Origin: Anaeromyxobacter sp.
GTDB lineage: Bacteria > Myxococcota > Myxococcia > Myxococcales > Anaeromyxobacteraceae
Direction of reading: 5' to 3'
NCBI GenBank assembly: GCA_049840735.1
Contig: JASGJN010000022.1
Span: 800,001-864,000 of the forward strand
DNA length: 64,000 bases
The notes under the pieces are model-generated. The model was not told where the DNA came from. It saw only the letters and a program-made list of their open reading frames with translations, and ran no database searches. Shown here piece by piece: positions 55,841 through 64,000 of this stretch (positions are counted from its first letter, which is position 1; each line of letters starts with the position of its first letter). The position numbers and the translations under genes were made by a program.

Positions 55841-57043
55841 TCAGGGCGCCCCCTGTGTTCCTCGGCCCCGTCCGTAGATGTCCCCCCGTCCGGAACAGCT
55901 CACCGCGAACGTGACGCGGGCAGCGGGGCGGGGGGGATAATGACCTGAAGTCGCGATTATCGAGGCAGCCACGCCGACATCAATGCGTCGACGCTGTTCG
56001 AACTGATCCGCGTAGAACACGTCGTAGAGCAGCCGAGCGGCTGCCTGCGCGAGCTCTTCCGGACAATCCTGAAGCTCGCGCCGCGCGAGGGCCTTGGGTG
56101 GCGGATTGGCTCTCGACCAAAAGTCTGGAAAGGTCTGAAGATCCGTGGTGAGGGCGACGAGCGAGGACGCGTCCGAGGCATCGATCCCAAAGAACGACAG
56201 CGCGGAAACGAGTCGCTTCCGATAGGAAACCATCGCATCGGTTTGCGAGGGCGGTGGCATCGAATCGCGATGATCCTCGAACAATCGCTCTGCCGCTTCG
56301 ACGGCATCGGAAGAAATCACCGCACGTCCACCGGTGGGACCGACAGCAATGACGTAACAGTCCGCTCCGCGCTCGGAGAGCGCAAACGCTGCGGAGATGA
56401 CGCTGTGTCTCGGCAATGTCAGGAGCCACTCGATGAGTGCTGGATCGACACCCGCTGAAGCCCCCGAGGCGGCGTCGGCACCGGGCAACACGCTGTGTCG
56501 CTGCGGCCGCATGCTGTCGAAGGTCGGGGACATTCCAGGTGGGATCGAGGGACGTTGACTCGGTGGTGCCTCACCGGGGAGTTGGGATGGCCTGCCACCC
56601 GCGTGCAAGGCCGTGGTTTCCTCGATCTTCACGAATCGTTCGTAGCGCCCTGACAAGAGGACCTTGGGAATGGGTAGCTCACCATCGTTGTACGTTGCAA
56701 CGGAAAGCAAAGCGAGTAGCAGTCGGGCATCCCCGACGGAGATTTCGTCGATTTCTTCCGTGACTCGGAAGGTGATGAGCCTCCCATCGGGTTGGTGACG
56801 AATCCAGTCGCAGTCACGCAGTAGCTCGAGGGTCATGATGTCGCTGACCCAATCGACCGCGATATAAAAGGCTCCGTCGATACCGACGCAAGCGCCGTCT
56901 TCCTCGACTTGGCAGAAGGGAAGTTCTTGGCTGACCCAATCGACGAGTTCGGTTTTGGTGAGTGACTCACCGAGCGCGAGAAGTGATCCAAGTTGCTTGA
57001 GCCTCGAAGGCTCCACCCTCTCAAGCAGTGTCTGTAGATCCAT
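55841..57043 (-). CDS. Hypothetical protein
   Basis: About 400-aa ORF filling the gap; two globular-looking halves separated by a Pro/Ser linker; no motif recognised. Confidence 0.6.
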   Translation of the reverse strand: MDLQTLLERVEPSRLKQLGSLLALGESLTKTELVDWVSQELPFCQVEEDGACVGIDGAFYIAVDWVSDIMTLELLRDCDWIRHQPDGRLITFRVTEEIDEISVGDARLLLALLSVATYNDGELPIPKVLLSGRYERFVKIEETTALHAGGRPSQLPGEAPPSQRPSIPPGMSPTFDSMRPQRHSVLPGADAASGASAGVDPALIEWLLTLPRHSVISAAFALSERGADCYVIAVGPTGGRAVISSDAVEAAERLFEDHRDSMPPPSQTDAMVSYRKRLVSALSFFGIDASDASSLVALTTDLQTFPDFWSRANPPPKALARRELQDCPEELAQAAARLLYDVFYADQFEQRRRIDVGVAASIIATSGHYPPRPAARVTFAVSCSGRGDIYGRGRGTQGAP

Positions 57044-57384
57044 CGTGGACAATAGAATTTCCGGTGTCCCGAAAAATGCAAGCGAACGCGTGAAGAAAAA
57101 CATGCATTTAGGGGGAATCTCCGTGGCTTCGTTGCTCATTTCACGCCCGGTCCGGTGTCAGCCGGGGCGTGAAGCGTGATGTGTGCCGCAGGCTTGACTT
57201 TCTCGAATTTCAGCGCTCGACGTTCTTCTCCACGGACGTCGAAAATGTTCGTCGAGCACGCGCCGGAGGTGTGTCGTGGATGGTGTTCGGCGCGCTCGGC
57301 CCCGAGCCCGACGTCGCGTCACGCTGCGCCGAGGGGCTGCGAGAACACTGGCGAATCGTTCGTCGATCGTGGATAGTGCGCGCT

Positions 57385-58482
57385 GTGGTCGACCTTCGCT
57401 TCCCCGCAGTGTTGGGGCTTCTGCTCGGAGCCGGGGTGGCGCATGCGGCCGCGCCCGCTCGACCGGACGCTCGCGGTGGAGCGCCGAGTGCGCCGCCCAT
57501 CGTGGTGTCGCTGGATTTCAACGCTGACGAGGGTTGCGCCGATCGCGCGCGTTTCGAGTCGGGGCTCAAGGCGAGGTTCGATCGCATTTCCTTCGCGGGT
57601 CCCGGGGCGTCTCGTTGGATCCTGCAGGTGCGGCTCACGACCGTTCCAGGCGGCGCACACGGCGAATTGCGCTTCATCGACGAGCATGGTGAGGCGTCAC
57701 CGCGCGTCGTCGACGGAGCCGATTGCGCGTCCGTCGTCGAGGCGCTTTCTCTCACCGCTGCACTCGCTATCGAACAGACCGTTGCGTTGGCGGAGCTGAC
57801 CGGTTCGAGCATCGAGCCGAGTGGTGGTTCCGACGGTTCCGGCGCCGGTATCGGAGCCAATGGGGCACCGCCGAAGAACCCCGATGGGTCGGCGCCGTCC
57901 GACGTTCCTACGACGCCACAAAACCCATCTGCTCCCGATCCGGAGACGGACCCGTTTCGGATCCGCAGTCATCGCTTCGGCGTGAGTTTCTTTGCCGCCA
58001 AGCTGGTTTCCCCGCAGACGAGCATCGGGATGCGCGGCGAGTATGCCTTTGCTCCACGCGTTTCGGCAGCGATACGGCCAGAGCTCGGCATTGGACTGAG
58101 CTACGTGCCTGCGGAGTCGCTGCAACCAAAGTCTCCCATCTCGGTGTCCGAGACGGGGGCCTTCGTTCTACTCTGTCCGACGCGGTGGTTTCTCGGTGAG
58201 CAGGTCTCCTTGCTCCCCTGTGCGAGTACGACCGTCGGGCACCTACGCGTGAGTTCTCGTGAAGTGTGGTTGTCAACGCCGTCCGAGCGTTGGCAGGCAA
58301 CCTCCGGCATCGATGCGCGGCTCGAGACGCGCCTGGGACGGCACATTTCCCTCGATGTGCTCGCGGGCTTGTTCGTTCCTTGGGCGCGGCGTTCGTACCG
58401 AACGATCGAGCCAAACGCTTCGGTTGGCGAGACCCCGCACGTCAGCTGGATCTTGGGTGTCGGTTGGAATTGGAATTCCTGA
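57385..58482 (+). CDS. Exported protein with a Cys-containing N-domain and a C-terminal beta-barrel-like region
   Basis: AHA signal peptide; aromatic C-terminus GVGWNWNS; lies upstream of the ECF sigma. Confidence 0.65.
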   Translation: MVDLRFPAVLGLLLGAGVAHAAAPARPDARGGAPSAPPIVVSLDFNADEGCADRARFESGLKARFDRISFAGPGASRWILQVRLTTVPGGAHGELRFIDEHGEASPRVVDGADCASVVEALSLTAALAIEQTVALAELTGSSIEPSGGSDGSGAGIGANGAPPKNPDGSAPSDVPTTPQNPSAPDPETDPFRIRSHRFGVSFFAAKLVSPQTSIGMRGEYAFAPRVSAAIRPELGIGLSYVPAESLQPKSPISVSETGAFVLLCPTRWFLGEQVSLLPCASTTVGHLRVSSREVWLSTPSERWQATSGIDARLETRLGRHISLDVLAGLFVPWARRSYRTIEPNASVGETPHVSWILGVGWNWNS

Positions 58483-58708
58483 GCGCGAGACATCCGCGCC
58501 CTGAAGTTGAGCCTGGTCTGTTGGCCGATATGGGATTTTGCCGCCGCGAGGTCCTCGCGGGGGCACCTGCGGTGATCAGCGTGCCAATTGGCGGGAATCA
58601 ATAGGCAGCTGACCCGAAATTTCCACCGTGCTCATCGATCTTCTCGCCTCAGACAATGACCTTCGCTCGCCGCGGACGCAGGCGTGTGGCAATACGATCC
58701 AGGCAAGG

Positions 58709-59287
58709 ATGAGGTCTCGGCAGCAAGACGAGCGACTGCGTAACATCGTCGGGGAGCATCTCGACACGGTTGCGCGCGTCCTGCGTAACGCTGGAGTCTC
58801 GGAGTCCCAGCTCGATGACGAACTGCAACGCACGCTGATTACCGTGGCGCGACGTCTGGACGACATTCGTCCGGGTGCGGAAAAGAGCTTCCTCATCCAG
58901 ATTGCGTTGCGCGTCGCCGCCCACGCACGACGCACCGTCGCGCGACGTCGAGAGGTGACCGCAGACGAGCTCGACGCCGATGGCCTGTCTGTCGTCGACG
59001 CGGTGGGCAGCACGGAGCGACGTCCTTCTCCGGAGCATCTGACCAATCAAAAGCGGATGCGCGATGCGTTGGATCGAATCCTCGAGAGCTTGGAGGACGA
59101 TCTCCGAGAAGTGTTCGTGCTGTACGAGTTCGAGGAAATGAGCATGATTGAAATCTCGGGCGTGCTCGGGATCCCTCAAGGGACCGTGGCTTCCAGATTG
59201 AGGCGAGCGCGCGCGACTTTTCGCGAACGCGTCGTCGAGCTGGGGCTCGTCGAGGGCGCTCCCGTTCCAAAGTTGGTGGGGTCATGA
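58709..59287 (+). CDS. ECF sigma-70 factor
   Basis: FLIQIALRVA (region 2); VFVLYEFEEMS..EI...GTVASRLRRAR (region 4). Confidence 0.92.
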   Translation: MRSRQQDERLRNIVGEHLDTVARVLRNAGVSESQLDDELQRTLITVARRLDDIRPGAEKSFLIQIALRVAAHARRTVARRREVTADELDADGLSVVDAVGSTERRPSPEHLTNQKRMRDALDRILESLEDDLREVFVLYEFEEMSMIEISGVLGIPQGTVASRLRRARATFRERVVELGLVEGAPVPKLVGS

Positions 59288-60057
59288 TGGAGCCTAGGCG
59301 ACTCATCGAAGAATGTTCCGAGCCCTTCGAGCGCGCGGTCTTGCGCGCAGGGTTCGACGTGCAAGCGTCCCCGGAGTCGCGCGTACGGGCTTACGAGCTC
59401 CTCGGCCTTTCCGCCTCGCCGAGACCTCGCATTCTTGCCTTCCTGCCGCGAAGAAGGACACGTCTGTTGCTGGCCGCAGTCGCGGTGACGACCATGGCAG
59501 CGGCTTTGCCGTTGGCGTACTACGCGTCGCGCTCATCGGGTCCGTCGGGAATCGTCCCCGCCACCCAAAAGGACTCCGCGACGTCGAACCTCGGGTCGCA
59601 GCTCGGACCGAGGCAGGCCGCGGGCAACGGGTTGGTCGATGTCTCGGAGAGAGCGGCAAAAGACGGCGAAGGTTCCTCCTCGGAGCAGTCGGCTGGCGAG
59701 GCGCCCGTCGATGTCGAAGGTTTGGCGTTGGAAGATGACCATCGCAAGCCCACCTCTGGCGCCGAGGCCAGTGCGAAGTTGGTGGAGCCCAATCGCCTGA
59801 GTCTCGAGCTCAAGGCCTTGGATTCGGCCCGACGGCGACTCCAGTCGGGCGACGCCCTTGGTGCCCTTCAGTTGCTCGACGCGTACGAACGGGAATTCCC
59901 GCAGCCCAGGTTGGCTCCCGAGGCAGAGGTCGTGCGGATTTTTGCCTACGACAAGGCCGGACAAAAGGATACGGCCCGAAGGCGTGCCGCTGTGTTCGTC
60001 GCCCGATATCCGAAGGGGGTTTTGACGGCGAGGGTACGGCGCTATCTTCAGCCGTAG
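59284..60057 (+). CDS. Putative anti-sigma factor with one TM helix and a C-terminal TPR-like domain
   Basis: ATGA overlap with the sigma gene; LDSARRRL...YEREFP...RYPKG helical repeat. Confidence 0.75.
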   Translation: MMEPRRLIEECSEPFERAVLRAGFDVQASPESRVRAYELLGLSASPRPRILAFLPRRRTRLLLAAVAVTTMAAALPLAYYASRSSGPSGIVPATQKDSATSNLGSQLGPRQAAGNGLVDVSERAAKDGEGSSSEQSAGEAPVDVEGLALEDDHRKPTSGAEASAKLVEPNRLSLELKALDSARRRLQSGDALGALQLLDAYEREFPQPRLAPEAEVVRIFAYDKAGQKDTARRRAAVFVARYPKGVLTARVRRYLQP

Positions 60058-60060
60058 ACG

Positions 60061-61407
60061 ATGCAAGTTGCGGCAACCCCTGGCCTCGATGTGCGCTCGG
60101 CACGAACGAGCGAGCGCGGGCCCACGCACATTTGGGCGCGTGCGTGTCGGGGGTGTGCGGCGTTGCTCGTTTCCGCAAGTGCTTGGGCTTGTACCGACAC
60201 CGTAGACGTACTCGGCTACGGCGAGGTCGTCGTGCCCGTGACCCTACAGCCCATCGACTGCTCGCGGGTTGCGCAAATGCCGAATCCATATCGCGACGTT
60301 CTCGGGCTCACGGACGCCCAGATCAGCGCGAAACTCAGCAACGCGATCAATACGGTCTTTCACGGCAACCCCGCCACGTACAGCATCTTCACCTCGGATT
60401 CGACGACGGGGACCGCGTACATTCGCGACACGCTCCACGGCGACGAGGTCCGTACCGAGGGAATGGGGCTCGGCATGTTGGCCGCCGTGCTCCTCGATCA
60501 CCAACCCGAGTTCGATCAGCTCTGGCGCTATTCGGTGGCCAATTTGGAGATAAAGACGGGGGCGGCTACGGGGTACTACCGCTCGAGATGCGACGTTACC
60601 GAGACGACGCAGCGTGATTGCATCGATCCGTACGGCTTTCAGCAGTACGTGACGGCGCTGCTCATCGCCAATCAGCGGTGGGGCAAGGTCGACGGGAGTC
60701 CAGATTACGCAGCCGACGCGCTGCAGCTACTCACGGTCATTCGTACCAAGATGCAACAGAACGGCGGGATCGTGGACGGGGTGACGAACACCTTCGATCC
60801 AGTTCAGTATCTCCCTTACGACGAACCCGTCAACGGAGGTTTACCGTACGTCGGCACCGCTCTCGCGATACCCGGATACTACGATCTCTTCGCACAGGTC
60901 ACGGGCGATTCCTTTTTCAGCGAAGCCGCTGCCGCCTCTCGCGTGTTTTTGAAACGAGCTTCGCATCCCGTGACGGGATTGTTCCCCAATGCTGCAAGCT
61001 TCGATGGCGTTCCCGTCTCGGGACGCGGCAACTTCCTGGCCGAGGCATACCGGGTCAATCTGAACCTCGTCATCGATCGGCTGTGGGGCAATCCTTCGGC
61101 GGAGGACGCCGAGTGGCAAGAGCCGATCGCCGATCGAATGCTCCAATTCTTTACGAGCAAGGGCTTCGACACGTACGCATCGGGTTACACTCTCGATGGT
61201 TCGGTCGTGCTGAAGTCGGAGCATATCGACGAGCTCGTCATGGCGAACGCCGTGCTCGCATCGGTATCGAACGTGAGCGATCGGAAGGAGTATCTGGCCG
61301 CTGCGTGGTCGAAGGCGCCTCCCGAGGGAATCGCACGTTATTATGCAGGCCTCATGTATCTCATTGGCAATTTGATCCTTTCGGGTCAGTTCGTGCCATG
61401 TCCGTGA
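60061..61407 (+). CDS. Glycoside hydrolase family 8 (Rex/xylanase-like) lipoprotein
   Basis: EVRTEGMGLGM, FDQLW, HPVTGL, AYRV and RYYAG motifs; AWAC lipobox. Confidence 0.8.
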   Translation: MQVAATPGLDVRSARTSERGPTHIWARACRGCAALLVSASAWACTDTVDVLGYGEVVVPVTLQPIDCSRVAQMPNPYRDVLGLTDAQISAKLSNAINTVFHGNPATYSIFTSDSTTGTAYIRDTLHGDEVRTEGMGLGMLAAVLLDHQPEFDQLWRYSVANLEIKTGAATGYYRSRCDVTETTQRDCIDPYGFQQYVTALLIANQRWGKVDGSPDYAADALQLLTVIRTKMQQNGGIVDGVTNTFDPVQYLPYDEPVNGGLPYVGTALAIPGYYDLFAQVTGDSFFSEAAAASRVFLKRASHPVTGLFPNAASFDGVPVSGRGNFLAEAYRVNLNLVIDRLWGNPSAEDAEWQEPIADRMLQFFTSKGFDTYASGYTLDGSVVLKSEHIDELVMANAVLASVSNVSDRKEYLAAAWSKAPPEGIARYYAGLMYLIGNLILSGQFVPCP

Positions 61408-61507
61408 TCGTGCGTCGTCGCGTGCACTAGGTCGACCAAGACCCGGATGCTTTCGAACGTCGTCACCGGTGGGGTGTCGCGTTGGCTACGTCGCCAAAGC
61501 AATTCTC

Positions 61508-62701
61508 TCAACGTCTCCGTTCTCGCACGAGAGCGTGAGCGCTCGCAGGGCGAAGGGGAAGGCACAGGAAAAACGACGTGCCCTCCTCTTGACTGGTGGT
61601 GAAGCGCACTTTGCCGTGCAGGAAGCGTTCACCGAACAGGCGCATGCTGTACGTGCCGAAGCCGCGGCCCGACTCGCCCTTGGTGGAGAAGCTTCTCGTG
61701 AAAATATGTGATGCAATCTCTTCCGGGATCATTCCGGGGTTCGAGACCGAAAAAACGACGTGGTGATCTTCGCGAAAGCAGCGCAGCGTGACGGTTCCTT
61801 TGGGGGCCGTGGCTTCGAACGCGTTCTTGAGCATGTTCGTGAGCACGCGTAGGAGGAGCGTTCGGTCACTTTCGAGAAACTCGTCGCAGCATTCGATGCT
61901 GAGTTGGCGCGCTCCGAGCTGCTCGTGAACTTCGAAGCCGACCTTGAGTGCTTCGACGAGTTCGCGCGTTCCGAGCCGCTCGAGCTGAATCGCGGGCTGT
62001 TCGTGCTCTGCATCGAGGAGGGTTCGATGGACCTTCACTTCGTCGATCACTCGAGCAATGAGGTGATTGAGTTGCTGAAGATATGCCCCTTCGTCCAATA
62101 CTCGATTTTGCGCCAGGCAGCGATAGGCCGACACGGCGCTCAATGTGTTCATGAGATCGTGCAGGAAGACGCGTTCGAGCGCTTCACGGCGTTTCTTGTC
62201 GGCGATATCGTGGAGAGTGACGAGGAACAGCGGTGGCCTGGTGCCGGTGAGGGGAGATACGCGTGCCGAGTACTCCTGAGTACGCTCGAACCCATCTCGA
62301 GCAGTGCGGATCGCGCATTCGTATTCGACGATGCGATGGTTGATCTGCGAATCTACGATCGCCCGCGCCACGCCACAACTCGAACAAGCATGACCGGTTC
62401 CGCAGCCATTCGGAGCCGACTCGACGTGAAGGCAACCGAAGGATTCGCCGATGCGGAGCCCAAGGATGGACGGAAGCTCGTCGGGGGCGATTCCTGCAGC
62501 TCGGAGTGCCCCTTCGTTGGCTGCGACGACCTGTCGTTCGGCGTTGATGACGAGCAGCACGCTTCCCACGGCCTCGAGCAGCTGCGTCAGGAGCGGGTTG
62601 TCCGCGACTTGTCGGATAGCGGCACCGAGGTCCGCATCGGAAGCCAGTGCCGCGGGCGCGAAATGGGTCGCGTGGGGCTCTTTCATCGAACGTGGGCCCA
62701 T
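61508..62701 (-). CDS. Cytoplasmic PAS-like sensor histidine kinase with a Cys cluster
   Basis: GCGTGHACSSCG, FLHDLMN, NMLKNAFEA and STKG..GRGFG motifs. Confidence 0.88.
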   Translation of the reverse strand: MGPRSMKEPHATHFAPAALASDADLGAAIRQVADNPLLTQLLEAVGSVLLVINAERQVVAANEGALRAAGIAPDELPSILGLRIGESFGCLHVESAPNGCGTGHACSSCGVARAIVDSQINHRIVEYECAIRTARDGFERTQEYSARVSPLTGTRPPLFLVTLHDIADKKRREALERVFLHDLMNTLSAVSAYRCLAQNRVLDEGAYLQQLNHLIARVIDEVKVHRTLLDAEHEQPAIQLERLGTRELVEALKVGFEVHEQLGARQLSIECCDEFLESDRTLLLRVLTNMLKNAFEATAPKGTVTLRCFREDHHVVFSVSNPGMIPEEIASHIFTRSFSTKGESGRGFGTYSMRLFGERFLHGKVRFTTSQEEGTSFFLCLPLRPASAHALVRERRR

Positions 62702-62820
62702 GATTCTCCGAGAGCGCGTCGGGCACTGATACGTCGGTTCGTTCTTTCAGATTAAGCCGATGTATCAGGCGTCGCTCTCGTGCCGGACCGCGCAATCGCA
62801 GCGTAATGCTGCGAACTTGG

Positions 62821-63087
62821 CTAGACTTCCGCGACTCGTGCGGCCACCGCGCGCGCGACTCGTCCAAGCGTCAAAAGCACTCCGTCGCCGATCTCCGTGT
62901 CGGAGAGCTCGATTCGATAGCGGCGCTCGACGGCCGCTGCCCACTGCAAGGAATCCACCGAATCGAGGGGGAGTCTCCCACCGAACAGCAGCTCGTCGGC
63001 CTCCAAGGGGGGATTGGGGGGAACGATTCGAAGCGTTTCGCAGAGCAGCGCGGACAGTTCGGCGAGCGGGGGGCCTTCGCGGTTCAC
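62821..63087 (-). CDS. Acyl carrier protein
   Basis: LFGG.LPLDSVD phosphopantetheine Ser motif. Confidence 0.8.
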   Translation of the reverse strand: MNREGPPLAELSALLCETLRIVPPNPPLEADELLFGGRLPLDSVDSLQWAAAVERRYRIELSDTEIGDGVLLTLGRVARAVAARVAEV

Positions 63088-63140
63088 GCCCCGATTATGA
63101 CGAAGGATCGGCTGTCGCCCATGCTATAGGCGGCCCCGAA

Positions 63141-64000
63141 ATGCTCGAGGTCCCCGTTGCCATTACGGCCGTTGGCGCCGTCACCGCCCTTGGGCTTGGG
63201 CCGGACTGCCTGTTCGACGGCTTATTGGCGGGAGTACGCGGTTTTGGACGCGTCGAGCGGTTCGGTGTCAACGGATGCCGCGTGCAATTGGCCGCTGAGG
63301 TGCGGGGTGACCTTCCGGTCGTCGGTTCGACTCGCACTGCGGATCTGGCCGTGACGGCCGTGCGGAATGCCATCGCGAAGCTGCCGCCCTTCGTGGATTT
63401 GTCGAGGGTGGGGGTGGTTTTGGGTTCTGCTGGCGCGGGAACGGCAGGGCTCGAGGATCGACTCCTCGGCATTGCTGACGCACCGGCATTGCTTCGCCGT
63501 TACACGAAACGCGAGCTCGTCGACGAGGTTGCTCGTTCGCTCGGCTTCGGTGGTCCGCGACACGCCATCAACACCGCGTGTTCGAGCGGTGCCATGGCGG
63601 TGGCCCTCGCTGCAGATTGGCTGCGATTCGGGGACTGTGACGTTGCCATCGCCGTGGGCGCGGACGAACTCGGTCGCTTCACGTACACGGGGTTTCACGC
63701 TTTGCGCGCGATGGATCCAGAACCGTGTCGGCCGTTCGATCGTCATCGACAAGGGCTCACCATGGGCGAAGGTGCGGGATGCGTCGTGCTCGAGCGACCT
63801 CGGGAGGCTCGTCGGCGAGGCGCCCCGATCCGCGCGTTTCTCGGTGCCGTGGGACAAGCCTGTGACGCCCATCACCTCACGGCGCCCGATCCCTCGGGGG
63901 CGGGTCCGGCCCGCGCAATCGCGCGTGCACTCGAGGGGGCTGGGGTAGAGCCTCGGGAGGTCGGGTTCATCAACGCGCATGGCACTGGAACTCCCCTGAA
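63141..64000 (+). CDS. Beta-ketoacyl-ACP synthase (FabF-like), runs off the window; absent from the ORF track
   Basis: Translated by hand: TACSSG, CRPFD, GEGAG, DAHHLTAP and NAHGTGT motifs. Confidence 0.92.
   Translation, partial: MLEVPVAITAVGAVTALGLGPDCLFDGLLAGVRGFGRVERFGVNGCRVQLAAEVRGDLPVVGSTRTADLAVTAVRNAIAKLPPFVDLSRVGVVLGSAGAGTAGLEDRLLGIADAPALLRRYTKRELVDEVARSLGFGGPRHAINTACSSGAMAVALAADWLRFGDCDVAIAVGADELGRFTYTGFHALRAMDPEPCRPFDRHRQGLTMGEGAGCVVLERPREARRRGAPIRAFLGAVGQACDAHHLTAPDPSGAGPARAIARALEGAGVEPREVGFINAHGTGTPL

Overview
The window looks like two unrelated Myxococcota genomic segments joined at about 25,494. Segment A (1-25.5 kb) is visibly more GC-rich and Anaeromyxobacter-like. It carries a PilZ-receiver gene, an STPK/FHA pair, an ECF sigma/CBM48 anti-sigma/outer-membrane operon, bioH-bioC with a BirA-type operator, epmA, a cNMP-domain nucleoside kinase, rlmI, transporters and peptidases. 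Segment B (25.5-64 kb) is lower in GC, Polyangiales/Sorangium-like, and has many single-base frameshifts typical of long-read errors. It carries histidine kinases, an STPK, glnB-glnA flanked by two tandem-repeat arrays, metK, a 2-hydroxyacyl-CoA dehydratase/activase pair, a complete che operon, alkaline phosphatase, an ECF/anti-sigma/GH8 locus, and an ACP plus ketosynthase. The most notable observations are: (1) a full-length GlnA that has lost two invariant catalytic arginines, directly after a P-II lacking Gln39, which may be a pseudoenzyme nitrogen-signalling module; (2) an ECF cell-envelope signalling operon built around glycogen-binding CBM48 domains; (3) MetK with a histone-H1-like tail; (4) CheA with two Hpt domains and an MshEN c-di-GMP motif. 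All family calls come from reading motifs by eye. No database searches were run.
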